Source: Rhina ancylostomus
Taxonomy: Eukaryota
DNA: 64,000 nt
Assembly (NCBI GenBank): GCA_030265395.1
Contig: JARFYF010000059.1
Span: 19,033,945-19,097,944 of the forward strand
Direction: 5' to 3'
The number at the start of each line of letters is the position of its first letter. Positions within the stretch are counted from its first letter, which is position 1. Shown one piece after another: positions 1 to 12,125 of the stretch. The notes beneath the pieces were generated by a model. That model made no database searches. It saw nothing but the letters and a program-made list of their open reading frames with translations, and had not been told where the DNA came from. The position numbers were made by a program, and so were the translations under genes.

Positions 1-409
1 ATTTATGAAAGATGCTATATGAATGCAAGCCTCTCTTTAAATATCATACAGAGGATAATGAATATTTTTGAGTTAATTTCAGGCTGAAAATTAGCTGAAG
101 AGTGTTACATGGTAGGAACTAATCTGAATATGAGCCTAGGTGGTGATGTTATCAATGTATTTGTCTATTGGGTGCCATAGCTGAGTGTAACCCTGTTATC
201 TGTTAGCTGACAGCTGTACCCATGATATCGGTAATCAATGAATATGCTGAGCAAGAGGAGACTTTCCCTAGCTGAAAGAGTTCACATTCCTTGCATCTTG
301 TGTGCCTAAACTCAGCCAATTCAGAACAGAAATTTAGCTGAACACTACTGACTTAGAGAGTGAACCAATGGTGAAGGTACATTGTTAATTTTGAAGAGTT
401 ATCATCCCA

Positions 410-540
410 AATTTTGTGCATGAGCACTCGAAAGGAGAATTGCAGAGTTATGAAGAGAGGGCTGAGGAGTGGGATTAGGTGAACTAACATGGACTTGATG
501 GGCTAAATAAGTCCTTCTGTTCTGTAACCCTTTGGTAATT
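410..540 (+). mobile_element. CR1 LINE 3'-end fragment, decayed
   Basis: ggacttgatgggctaaataagtccttctgttctgtaa resembles the CR1 3' terminal motif seen intact at 58387-58445. Confidence 0.55.
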
Positions 541-1289
541 CTGAAATTATTTATCAGTTTAGAGGATAGTCACTGTGCTGTTCCCTCAAGCTGCTGTCCA
601 TTTGAAAACTATTTTTAAGTTATTTTATACATCCTATTTTTATTTAGGTTAATGTGCTGTTCAGAAGTGTTGAAGGAAAGGATATTGGTCTGAGAAGATG
701 GGAGTGATATGGAAAGAGCAATTGAATAAGCAAATCCAAGATACACAAACAGAAAATTGTTATAACCAAACATGTGCAAGGCAGTGAAAGTGATCCAATG
801 ACTATTAAACAATCAATTGCGGAATGAGGGTAAAAGTCAAATGGGTCCTTTCAATGATAATTTGGCTAGAATCAGGCTGTCACTCAGCAAATGCATTGCA
901 ATTCTTTAACGAGCCAACTAACTAAATGCTGAGAGCCATCCAGAGGATAGTTTACTCCAGTTTTTCCCTTTGTGCCCAAACCAAGCTCATCTTGCCCATA
1001 AGACTGACCTTTTGTACCCTCAAACCTATTCTTTGAAAGAAAAACTAAGCATACTGTACCCCTTTCTGGCCCCTCTGTTGGCAGAGACCACAAACTCTTA
1101 ACTCACTTCTTCCTCACAACCTCCTTTCCGTCTCTAAAGTCATTCCATGCAATGTAGTCACCCATAACTCTGTTTAAATTTTCCCAGAATTCCTTGTTTG
1201 AATCCTTTAAATTATGTTTCTGCCCTAGCACAGGACTGAAATAGCTCTAATTTAAATCACTAATAAAATCCGTGTGCTGATACATACAT

Positions 1290-1545
1290 AAAGTTTCCCT
1301 CATCATCCATCTTAATGTACATCTGCAGACTTTGACACAGTTGACCATTCTATCCTTGTGTAACACCTTTATCATTATCATCCATCTGGGAGGAGCAACA
1401 TTCACTGGACTCCATTTAATGGCTAGAAAATCAGCTGCAATTGTTTCTGTTTCCCAGTGTCCCCTAATGATTTATCTTCAGCTCCCTCCTATTTCCCATT
1501 AATATGATGCCCATTGCTGCAGCATTCACAACTTCCAGACAGCTA
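1290..1545 (+). mobile_element. L2 LINE reverse transcriptase fragment (5' piece)
   Basis: atctgcagactttgacacagttgaccattctatcctt is a decayed (S)AAFDTVDHSIL RT motif. Confidence 0.6.
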
Positions 1546-1589
1546 NNNNNNNNNNNNNNNNNNNNNNNNNNNNNNNNNNNNATGGCAAC

Positions 1590-1800
1590 TATCAAGTACC
1601 ATCGATATTGATCCCATTTATAGCACGTGGTCTGAAAATTGCCTTCTATGCCTTGGAAATTCAAGTGCTCATCCAGATACTTTTTAAATGTTTGGGAGTA
1701 CCTGCCTCCAACACCTTCTCAGAAAGTGTGTTCAAGATTTCTACCACCCTCTAGGTGAAAAATAAATCTCCCCAGATCCTATCTAACTCTCCTACATGTA
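1590..1800 (-). mobile_element. CR1 LINE 3' fragment
   Basis: caagtgctcatccagatac...gagtacctgcctccaacacc...accaccctctaggtgaaaaa is the reverse complement of the CR1 3' region (compare 55700-55810). Confidence 0.65.
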
Positions 1801-2487
1801 TACTCTGACAACATCCTTCTCTGCATCACAACTATTTCCCTAGACGCTTTCATTATCTCTACATTTTCACAACCAGATTGGCTTGGGTGTGATGTTGGTG
1901 GCCAAGTGAGATGTTCCCACTTCCACAGGATGAACGTGCTTCCATCAGTAAGGAAATCTCATGCTGGGACCACAATCTGTCCATTGAGCTGAGTTGCACA
2001 CATATTAGGTGGACTGGCCAAGCAGATGAAAGTTCTGTAGAGATTTTCTGGATGCACTTTAGAGGTGTGAAGCGGTATAGTGGGGTCTTGGCTGGGCCAC
2101 AGGCTTCGGATATTGAGGCTGCCAGCATAAGGGAGCAGGATGATTGGCAATTAAGGAGCAGCTGTGAAGAGTCAGGATGGTGGCAGTCATAGGGTAACTT
2201 CACTTTAGGTGATAGCAAGTGGCTGCAGAACGGAGGATTGGGTGAGAATGGGGTGAGACTGTTGTGGGGTGATCAGTTTGGGGAAGAGGGTAGGGGAATC
2301 AGGAGGGTAAAAACAAAGAAGAGGCTAGGGGGAAGAAGGATGAGTAAAAGGATATCTGAGAGGGAGAGGCTCTGAGGGAGGAAATTACACGAGAGGAGGC
2401 AAGTTGCAAGACTGGGGGGGGAACTAAAGGAGGATATGGATCGGGGAAAGGAAGAATGTGTGGGCAAGTTTGTGTCGGTGCGTGTGT

Positions 2488-2596
2488 CTCTATATTTCTT
2501 TCCCTCTCTTTCTCTTTTTCTTTCCCCTCTTTTTCTCTCTCTGTCTCTCTCTCTGTCTCTCTCTCTGTCTCTCTCTCTCTCTCTTCCCCCCCCCCC
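2488..2596. repeat. Imperfect (TC)n/(TCTCTCTCTCTG)n microsatellite ending in a C run
   Basis: Directly visible; source of the RERDRE-type ORFs. Confidence 0.95.
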
Positions 2597-2619
2597 ATAG
2601 GAACGTATGTGTTTAAAAA

Positions 2620-2815
2620 GGTTCAACAGAGGCTAGTCTCCAGTCATCTTGGACCTCCTTGCAATTGGACCAAGGACTCACTTTGTCAAGACTGTGGTTG
2701 TTGGTGTGTAACAGTCACTCCATGTTAAAAGAATTCTCAGTTAGGCATCTTCCATCACTCCATACTGGTGTGGAAGCAAGTCGTCCTGAACCTGAAGGGA
2801 CTGCCTGAGATGAGC
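2620..2815 (+). mobile_element. Possible RTE-related non-autonomous retroelement fragment
   Basis: ctagtctccagtcatcttggacc...gttaaaagaa...aggcatcttcca and the end gggactgcctgagatgag resemble recalled elasmobranch RTE UTR sequences; not verifiable here. Confidence 0.35.
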
Positions 2816-2821
2816 TGTCTG

Positions 2822-2930
2822 AGACATTAATTCAGCCTTTCTTTCTACGGATGCTGCCTAACCTGCTGAGTCCTTCTAACATTTTCTGTTTTTATTTCAG
2901 GTTTGTAGCATCTGGAGTTTTTTGGCTTGT
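2822..2930 (+). mobile_element. Penelope-like element terminal repeat fragment
   Basis: gatgctgcctaacctgctgagtccttctaacattttctgtttttatttcagg..tagcatctgg matches the terminal repeat attached to the GIY-YIG copy at 16077. Confidence 0.65.
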
Positions 2931-2999
2931 CTTCATAGAAAAAGATTACAGCCATTTTGTTCAATCCATGCCACAAATTCTGTTCTCAAGCCACTGATT

Positions 3000-3665
3000 C
3001 CATCCCTCTTCCTGAAAACAGCCTAGAACTGAACCAGACTTAGCAACTTAGGCATCATATTTGATCTCTAGATAAGGTTCAGACCACTTATGTATGCCAT
3101 CACAAGAACTATTTATTTTTACTTTGGAACATTGCCTGACTCTGCCACTTTCTTAAATAATCTGCTGCTGAAATTCTTATCTATAGCTTTGTTATCTCAA
3201 GATATGACTATTTGAATGCATTCAGGGCAAGCCCACCAGGTTTTATGCCCATAGACTTGAAGTCATTCAAAATTCTGCTATGTGTATCCCAATTCACATC
3301 CAGTCCTGTTCATCCATCGTCTCTGCGCTCATTGACATACATTGGATCTGATTAAGCAATGACTTGATTTTATACCTCCAACTATAATTTTCACATCTCT
3401 CCAAACCTTCATGGCTTTGTCTTCCCTTCTCTCTTTCATTACTAGGTTCTTGATCAACCTCAAGTCTAATAGCTCAGTGGTAACTGTGCATTCAGAATTT
3501 CTCTGCCTTACTGCCCCTTTGTCCTTTAAGATACTACTTAAACTTTACTTCTTTGAGTAATTATTTAATCATTGGCACTAAAATTTCATATGTGACTTTG
3601 TCAAATTTTGCTTGATAATGTTTGTGTGAAATGCCATGAGATTTTTTTAATTACATTACAGTTGC
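3000..3665 (+). mobile_element. L2 LINE ORF2 C-terminus and 3' UTR (continuation of 1290-1545)
   Basis: Decayed NLGIIFD...ITRT.YF.L.NIA.L...SAAEILIYSFVISRYDY.NA motifs; collinear with the L2 at 33040-33715. Confidence 0.75.
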
Positions 3666-4227
3666 TCAAAGTGAATTTTGTCTGCTTCCAGAAAGTATAA
3701 CTGAAGAAATTGATGTAGCTTTGCCGTTTGGAAGCAAGAAATAAAACATTTATGTAAAGTTTTATCATTCTTCTCAGAAGCTTCTCAAAGTGAGTATAGT
3801 TAATTATGTTGATAGGATATTTTAAATGAGGAAGTAAATTTGGCACACTTCAGAAACAGTCCAAGGTCAGTGTTTAAGGGGTGTGAGTCAAAAAAGTTCC
3901 ACAGGTTTCTATCTGAAGCCCTTGTGTTCACTCTATTAGCAAATAGAAGTAGATGCTGCTTATGGTAATTTCTAAGGGTAGCTGGTATTACTAGCTTTAT
4001 GGCCTGTTGAGGGGCATTGAATATGATTTGGCGCAGTTATGTGGTGTAACTGAGGAATAGCAGGGATTTTATTTTGGATATATAAATTGGAAAGAGAAAA
4101 TTAAAATGCAGGAAAGACATAACTGTAGGTATGGATGTAATGAGGTTGCAAAAGTAAAATGATTTAGGGCCAGTGCTTCATTTATTGAAAGCACAGTTAA
4201 TGTGAAGTTGTCATCATAAAGTTAGAA

Positions 4228-4418
4228 ACAACATGCATTTATATAGTAGCTTTCATGTCCTCAATTTCATTAAAACTACTTGGACAAAGAATTCTTTTTA
4301 AGTGAGGCCATTGTTTTGACTTGTAGGCTATTGTAGAGCCATTTTACTTAGAGCAAGGTTGCACCACAGCAGTGTGTTAAGTGACCAGAAAATCTGTTTT
4401 TGGTGGTGCTGATTATTA
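4228..4418 (-). mobile_element. DeuSINE (SacSINE1/AmnSINE1-like) 3' fragment
   Basis: Tail aacaacatgcatttatatag and gtgaccagaaaatctgtttttggtggtgctgatt. Confidence 0.6.
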
Positions 4419-5299
4419 CCTGAAAAAGGTGACCTTGATGTGACTCTTGTATCCATTTTGGGAATATCCTGGCCACTTCTGGAAAATTTCAGCATCAAAA
4501 GATATTAACACATTAAGAAACATTGGGGAAGAATGACAAGATGTACAGCTTTAATAATGCAGAGCGACTCTTTGAACAGAACCTACTAGCACTAAAGAAA
4601 TAAAGGTTGAGAGAAAATGATCTCAATCTTTGAAGTGATAAGAGGAATAGCTCATCTTTTAAATCTGAACATGGAACACTAGAGGACACAAGTACAGAGT
4701 TAACATGCCTCAAGCCAGACTGGGGATAAGAAGAAATTACTTTTTCTGCTAAGTAATAGGTCTGTGGAACTGGTTCCAATGAAAGTAGTTTATACTGTTT
4801 ATTAACTACCTTAAATTGCTATGGCTAAATAGGTGCATTGCAGACGAATGTAAGTTTAAGTGCACAGAAAATAATTAAATATTCCTCAGAAAGTTCAAGT
4901 CTTCAAGGTGATGAGATCCTGGAGACTTAATTTGTGGAACACAATGTGTCAAAGGCAAATGTGTTTTTATGCAAGTTAGATTAGTTAAGTTGGTTGGACT
5001 TGCTTAAATGCATGGGAGAAACTGTTCACAAACTTTCACTTGAAACTGTGGACAGTAGACCATCAAGCACACTGCATGTGCACTGTATCAGGAATAGACT
5101 TTCATATTCTTTTGCCTCCCTCATGGATCATTTTTGGGCTGCTTCCTTTCAATTCTTTTACCCCCACTACCTTCCACCACCACTTTGTCCTTATCATGCT
5201 TCAACTATGGTCATTTGGTATCCTTCTTGCCTTTGAGGCAGAACACTGTGAGATTAAGTATCCACTCCTGAGACATGAACACAAAATCTAACCTGGCAT

Positions 5300-5470
5300 T
5301 CCCAATGCATTAGTAGTGAGGTCGCATTTACAGATGTAATGTTAAATTGAGAACCTGTTCAATTCTCTAGTATATGGTTAAGATGTTATGCCACTATTTG
5401 AAGATCAACATCACTTAAAAAGAATTGGTCATTATTGCATTGCTTTTTGTGGCAATTTGCTAGCTGTAAG
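5300..5470 (+). mobile_element. DeuSINE fragment
   Basis: cagatgtaatgttaaattgagaacctg...atgccactatttgaag...ggtcattattgcattgctttttgtggcaatttgct. Confidence 0.55.
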
Positions 5471-5481
5471 TTATAGAGTCT

Positions 5482-5690
5482 ATCATCATAGAAATAGGCC
5501 CTTCAGCCCTCTTTGTCAAGCACCAATCTATACTAATCCCATTTACCAGCACTTGGTTCATAGTATACTGTGACTTTGTGATTCAAATGTTTATCCAGAT
5601 GCTTGTTAAATTTTGTGAGAGTCTCTGTCTCCATTACCCGCTCAGGCTGTGCAGTCCAGATTCCAACCACCCTCTGAGTGAAAATAGGTC
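5482..5690 (-). mobile_element. CR1 LINE 3' end
   Basis: agaaataggcccttcagccc...aatcccatttaccagcacttgg...ccaccctctgagtgaaaa. Confidence 0.7.
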
Positions 5691-7499
5691 TTAGACAACT
5701 CTGCCATGGGGGAGTTTAGTGTTTCGTCCTTTATATATAGGTGATATGTATATGCAGGTTCATTCTTTTTCCCTGCCTAATGGACTGTCCTTGCTTCACT
5801 CTAAACCCTTAGAGCGAGTGAATCATCTTACTATCATGTATTATCTTACTCTTTCTGTTCTTCCCTGCACTCCACGGAGAACCAAAGCTTATTAACTATT
5901 ATCAGATTTACCACGTGAGCTCTCTTCAATATGCAGTTTGGACTATCCAGGTATCCTGTGTACTTTTTTGTTATGTAGCATGGAAACTGTTCTGGCACTT
6001 GTGCACGAGCAATAGTTTTAGGGTTACAAATTATAATCAACCCAATCCCTGATGTTGATTTATGTTGCGGAAGAACTGCATGGTTAGGATGTCAATCCCT
6101 TGTGATAGAATTGAAAGCTCATGATCTCTTACAACACCAGCATTGCTGTTGTTGCAAAAAATCATGACTCCACATTTGATTCCTGGTTTCTGCTGCCATT
6201 GACTGATCTCAGGCAAAGCAACAGCAAGAATCATCCGAGCTCCCTTTGGGGAGTGGGGAGTTCAAAAGTCTAATTTTTTGTTGTTATGCTGTGATGTCTG
6301 TGAATGGACCAAGTGAAAGGATATACTAAGAAATAGAAAGAGTCGGCAAGAGGCTCATGGAGTCAGATGTACCATTTGATACCTGCAACTATTCTGTAGA
6401 AACTCCAATTTCCTGCCCAAACCCTATATCAATTGAATCTCTCAGATCTCTCAAGACTGAAAATCAGTCTTGTCTTTATCAAAATGAATCATAGTTCTCT
6501 GGGCTAGAGCATTCAAAAAATATACAACTGCTGAGGGAAGACAGCCCCACCCCCACTCAATGATCTAGAGTACATTGCTAGGAGTAACGGTCTCTCAGAT
6601 AAGCTAAAATCTGCCGGGCATGAGATCAACAAGAAGCAAAATATTACAGATGTTGGAAATTTGAAACAAAAATTAAGACTGAAATCAAGAAGCATCGTGC
6701 TTTCCATCCATGATTTCTTAAGAGTACTGAGAGAAGGTCGACACTCAAAATGACAACCATCTCTTAGAACTTGCTACCTTTCTTGTTAAAGGTCTTCAAT
6801 GAATTTTGGTGATGATGTGATTAGTTTTGGTTTGATGCCTCTTATAATTGAATATTCAGTGTTCATATGAGCTATCACTTGAAAGACCGTTGCCCATCTC
6901 ATAATATTTTCTGGAGAAGTGGAGATGGAAAATTTAAATACAAAAATAAGCAAGTAAATTATTATCACTTTGTTTTTTATAGTCAGGGATCTAAAACAGC
7001 TCACATCCCAGAAGTGAAAATCTCATCTTTTTGCTAAAGTGGTTCCAGGGGAAATGCACCTTGAAAAGTCAATGTTGAATTCTTGGTGAACACAGATAAT
7101 TGGAAAAGCACTCCTAACAGCCAATAAAAGTGGAAGTGCCTCTGGTGTGGCAAGAGTTTTCATTTGACATGTAGTGTCAGACAGAATCTAATATAACAGA
7201 CCAACCTTGCCCTTAGAGTACAGCCCTAAAATAAATCAATCTCTAGCACTGAGTCATCAACATTCTAAGCACCATCATAGGCATGATGGGCCAAATGGGC
7301 TCCTATGGTGTCATGAGATTATAGGATTCTCTGTAAGTGGAGGACAAAGTATACATATATTCCATAATGTGGTTGGTGTGAGTATAATGTTATTGATTAA
7401 TTAGAAAGGCAAAGTAAAAACTCAACTTCCATCTACTCAGAGACATTAGAGTAGGTGGAAGTTGAGTTTTTAAGGGAGTCTGTAATTGATGGCATTCTA

Positions 7500-7878
7500 T
7501 TGTAACTTTGTTTACTGAAGGGTGTATTTCTCTGGTAACAGATTCAACTGATGGAATGTCTCTTCTCAGGGTGCCAGTCATAAATTCATTTTCTTGAGAG
7601 AATGTAACTTATGGAATTCAGTCACAATTTTGTTTTCTAGAATGTGAGTCCTGTGATTATTAGAAAGTATGTGATTAATAGGATTCAGTAATAGATCCAT
7701 TTTCCAATGAGTGTATTCTTCAGGAGACCCAGTGATAGGTTTACTTTCCAAGGGAGAACCAATAATGGGTTCATTTACTGGATGGTGTATCATCAATGGA
7801 ATTTAGTAACAGCTTAATTTTCCAAAGGATGCATTCCTCACAAGTAGCATATTAGATCATTTACTGGAGGGTGTGCCA
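7500..7878. repeat. Degenerate 44-bp minisatellite
   Basis: Unit starts at 7575, 7619, 7686, 7730, 7760, 7804 and 7848; four of the six spacings are 44 bp. Rough consensus cagtaatagrttcatttwcyrrrgrgtgtatt... Confidence 0.65.
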
Positions 7879-8899
7879 ATGACCAGTTTGCTCCTCCAGA
7901 GGGAGCATCATTTCAAAAGTTGACAAGTGAATCATTTTCCTTTGCTGATTATTTTGGTAGAAACTGTTGTCCAGTTCCTAAGGCTGAAGCATGACTTTAG
8001 GAATTTACTTAGCTTTTTTTTAATCAAGAAAAATACCTCTGCACCTTGAGCTGAGCCCTAGAGATCTTCTAGCCCATATTCTGCTGTGGATACATGGGTT
8101 GTTACTGGATGAAGCTTCCTGCAGGCCAAAAAAGAATGCCTTTTTCCTCAACAATTGGAATTATGAATTATTCTGAGCAGGAATTAATAAGGCATTTAGT
8201 ATAATGTCTCAAGATCTCTTGTCTAAATGGAATTGTACGTGATGCAATACTTTCTCCAAGTTGCAAATAATAGGTTTGCTACTGTTTGAATGGTTTTTGT
8301 TTGTATTTCCTGAATTTTATCTACAGCTAAAGAAAGGAATAACAATTAATAAATCATTTCAATCCCTCCACAAATTTTTTTTATCATACTTGTTGGACTG
8401 ATATCAATATGCTTTTCATGCAGCAGTGATCAACACTTGGAACAGTTTCCCAACTAAAGGGGCATAGATGAAAGCCCTGGGATTCATCTCAGAGGTTATT
8501 ATGAAGATCTTAATGTCTCTGGAAGAATGAATTAGGAGGAGCTCAATATTCTCTTTATTCATTGTTGCCTTGTAATCTATTAAAAAAAGGTAAGGTACTG
8601 TACCACATGCCCGTAGAATTTTACCATGCTATTTTTTATTCAATTTTATTTCCATAGAGAGTTTAACTTAAAAATGTTTTTTTCTTCATTTGCTTAAAGA
8701 ACCAGCTCACAATAGAAAGATATACTGGAACTGTCTTATCATTTGTAAAAAAGCTTTTTGGAGAGTAATATATTCTGCAATTGCAGTAGCATCTTGTTGT
8801 GCTTTATACTTTGAAAAAGCTTTCCAATACCACAGGACTACAACATGAAAGAGAAGACAAAATGGTCTGTGTTGAGTAGAACTTTAATGGCTATAAGAT

Positions 8900-9080
8900 A
8901 GCAACAACTTGCCTTTAATGGCAAGCTTATTGCAATAAAATATCCCAAGGTGCTTCACAGGATGGATGTTGAACAAAATGTGAAACTGAACCTCTTAAGG
9001 AGATATTAAGTGACCAAATGCATGGTCAGGTTTTAAGGAGTGCCTTCAAGGTGGAGAGAGCATTGGAGAGGCAGCAAGAT
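8900..9080 (-). mobile_element. L2 LINE 3' end (continues at ~10020-10160)
   Basis: acaacttgcc...tcccaaggtgcttcacagg...aaggagatatta...ggttttaaggagtgccttcaagg is the reverse complement of the L2 tail at 33560-33715. Confidence 0.65.
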
Positions 9081-9109
9081 TTTTTAAAAATAATTCCTTT
9101 ATGGGTTAT

Positions 9110-9666
9110 GGTATTGGTATTGGTTACTTATTGTCACTTGTACTGAGGTACAGTGAAAAACATGTCTTGTGTACCGATCGTACAGGTCAATTCATTACAC
9201 GGTGCAGTTACATTGAATTAGTACAGAGTGCATTGAGGTAGTACAGGTNNNNNNNNNNNNNNNNNNNNNNNNNNNNNNNNNNNNNNNNNNNNNNNNNNNN
9301 NNNNNNNNNNNNNNNNNNNNNNNNNNNNNNNNNNNNNNNNNNNNNNNNNNNNNNNNNNNNNNNNNNNNNNNNNNNNNNNNNNNNNNNNNNNNNNNNNNNN
9401 NNNNNNNNNNNNNNNNNNNNNNNNNNNNNNNNNNNNNNNNNNNNNNNNNNNNNNNNNNNNNNNNNNNNNNNNNNNNNNNNNNNNNNNNNNNNNNNNNNNN
9501 NNNNNNNNNNNNNNNNNNNNNNNNNNNNNNNNNNNNNNNNNNNNNNNNAGGAGGGGAGGCTGGTGTCCATGATGTGCTGGGCTGTGCCCACAACTCTCTG
9601 CAGTTTCTTGCGGTCCTGGGCAGAGCAGTTGCCATACCAAGCTGTGATGCATCCAGATAGAATGCT
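9110..9666 (-). mobile_element. Rex1/Babar LINE 3' part, relatively young, spanning a 300-N gap
   Basis: The minus frame reads SILSGCITAWYGNCSAQDRKKLQRVVGTAQHIMDTSLPS, typical of the Rex1/Babar RT C-terminus; tail (ggtatt)n followed by ttattgtcacttgtactgaggtacagtgaaaa. Confidence 0.85.
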
Positions 9667-9669
9667 AGT

Positions 9670-10005
9670 CCTATGGTTAGTCAGACTTCTTTGCCCATCC
9701 ATAATTACCCCTGAACCAATTAGCTTGCTAAGCTATTTCATTTAAATGGCTGTGGATCTCGAATCACATACAGACACCAGACTTGGTATTGGTGGCAGCT
9801 TTCCTTCAATGAACCACATGAATAACACGTCATTTTTTAATGTTTATTTCATGGTCAGCATTACTGTTCAAAGCTTTTTATTCCAAATTATTTAATTACT
9901 TGTTTTTAAATTCCTTAGTTTCTACAAAAGTGATGGAATTGACACTTGCTTCTCCAGATCAAAAGGCTTTTAGATATTAGTCAAGTAACATAACTGTTAT
10001 GCTCC
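9670..10005 (-). mobile_element. tRNA-derived SINE, same family as 21041-21480
   Basis: Reverse complement similarity: tcacatacagacaccagac...ttcatggtcagcattactg...tattagtcaagtaacataac. Confidence 0.55.
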
Positions 10006-10929
10006 TCTGCTGGAAATAAGAGACTTGGCATTTGGTGCAGGAGTGATTAAAATTACTTATGCTCAAGGAGCCAGAATTTAAGATATCTGGGAGGGTGTAA
10101 GGCTGGAGATTATGGGGATAGGTTGGAGTGAGGCCATGAGTGAAAGGTTGTTAAATTTTCAGCCATCAGAACAATTGGGATAACTTGAACAGTGATATTA
10201 GTGTGAACAGCATGAATGTAAGAAATTCAGCAAGAACTGTTCACTGTTCAGTGACTATGATCTTCATTTCATCACATGGTCAGTCTGCAAACTCCTGATA
10301 TGGTGAAACTCTCAATAAGCTAACATTTATTGTGGCAATTAAGATTTTACTATCAAAGGGTTCTGCTCTATTGGTTTCTCTGCTTAAATGATAGATGTGG
10401 TTGAGCAAGTGATTCTCAAGGTTGAACTGTACCCAAGCCAAGGCTTTTGGCATTTTTCTCTGAATCAGGACACGAGTAGACAAGACAGAGTAATGTACTG
10501 GTGTGAGTGACAGTTGTAATATCATTATTTCATTACAGACAGATTTGTTTTAATTTAAAATTTAATAACTTCAGACAAAGCAGTAAAATAATGTTATTTC
10601 CATTTTCTCTCCCCCTCCCCCGTCCCCCACCCCCTGAAAATAGTTTAATAGGCTTTGTTGGTGATAGCATTGTTTCAGGTGCCACCCTTTTCAATGTGTG
10701 AAGCTCAGTGAGCGTTGAAATAATCATGCAACTGTGAGAAAGTCATCAAATGATAGAGGCGAACACTCATCTGCCCTTTCCAGGGCCAGGAACTCTCAAG
10801 TTTATTACTCTTCCATTGTTGAGGCATGGAGACTAACCTCCAGTTGAGGCGGAACTGAGTAAATCATTATTGTTTGGGATCCTCCTGTTCTGTGTGACTT
10901 TCCTCCAAGATTTAAAGGGATAATCTTAC

Positions 10930-11320
10930 AATTTAACTAATTTAAAAGTGTTAAGATTGATTAATTCTGTTTTATTTTTATTGAGGTTCAACTTGTAAGA
11001 ATGAAAGAAGGACCTCAGGGTGTGAAGGGAAAATAATGAGGTGAAGACAAAGAACATCCTCAACCGACAGGGAAAGTTGATATAAGGGATAGGCCCTCTC
11101 CCCATACCAAAAGGAAGAATAGCAGAGTCCCAGAGGACAGTTCTATTCAGGGAACAATACATCATGTAGGATCGAGGGTTAAGAAAATGAAGTTCTTTAA
11201 AGTAATGCAGTAGCTGAGGTTTATCTTGCCTCTCTTCAATAACGTACAAATTCTTAGGCACAGTGTTTGGTAGCAGCTTGTCCCACTCTCTAATCCTGAC
11301 TATATATCCAGCCACTCATA
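10930..11320 (-). mobile_element. Possible L1/Tx1-type LINE ORF2 C-terminal remnant
   Basis: The 129-aa ORF segment QLLHYFKELHF...ILPFGMG weakly resembles Tx1 C-termini; A-rich end on the minus strand. Confidence 0.3.
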
Positions 11321-11454
11321 AGTAGGGGAAATTGGGAGAGGTTTTGTTGCGTTCATTTTCAGATCTTATTTATGGAATTATTTGAACTCCATTTGGCACC
11401 AGTCCCAGAATATTCTGGATTAGGAGAGAAGTATGCAGAACTATGGAGCATTTT

Positions 11455-12125
11455 TTTAAGAAAATCATTTATAGGATGTGGGCAAGGCTGGTCAGGCCAG
11501 TGTTTGTAGATCAACCCAAACTGGCGTTAAGAAGCTGGTGGTGAACCATTGTTTCGAACTGCTGCAGTTTTTCTAGGGAAGATACCTCCACAGCACTGTC
11601 AGGCTGAGAATTTCAGGATATTAGATCCAATGTCAGTAATGTAACAGTCACATATAAGTTTGCATGGTGAATGGAGGGAACGCTGGAGTTGGTGGCATTT
11701 CCATGTATTTGCTGCCTTGTTTGTCTTGGTGGTAGAGATTATAGGTTGGGAAGATGCTTTCAAAGTAGGCACCTCCCAAACCTGTAACCTCTTCCACTGT
11801 AGGCCAAAAACTGCAGATGCTGGAAATCTAAAATAAAAACAGAAAATACTGTAAACACTCCAGTTCTGAACTGACAAAGGGTCTTCAATCTGCCTGACCA
11901 ACTGAATGTTTCCAGCATTTTGTGTTGTTATTTGTTGAGTAAAAGTAATGCACTTTTTAGATAGTGTCCGTGCAGTCACGGTGTGCTGGTATTGGATGGA
12001 GTGAATGTTTCCAATGTTGGAATGGCTACCCTGCAACCGGGCTGTTTTATCTTTGTTGGTGCTGAACTCCTTAACGGTTGTTGAAGCTGCATCATTCAGA
12101 TGTTGTGGCTGTAAACCATGGCAGA
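11455..12125 (-). mobile_element. LINE 3' fragment (family of 42340-43690) interrupted by a Penelope terminus at 11805-11935
   Basis: ggatgtgggcaaggctgg...gaagctggtggtgaacc...gaactgctgcag; it resumes with gtgcagtcacggtgtgctgg...gttgttgaagctgca. Confidence 0.65.

Noticed and set aside
2273-2728. ORFs with RERDRE / SLSVSL repeats (also 22478-22799)
   Set aside because: These are translations of TC/GA microsatellites.
7500-7878. CRISPR-like periodicity
   Set aside because: The context is eukaryotic, whole units are diverged copies of each other, and there is no repeat-spacer structure or cas gene.
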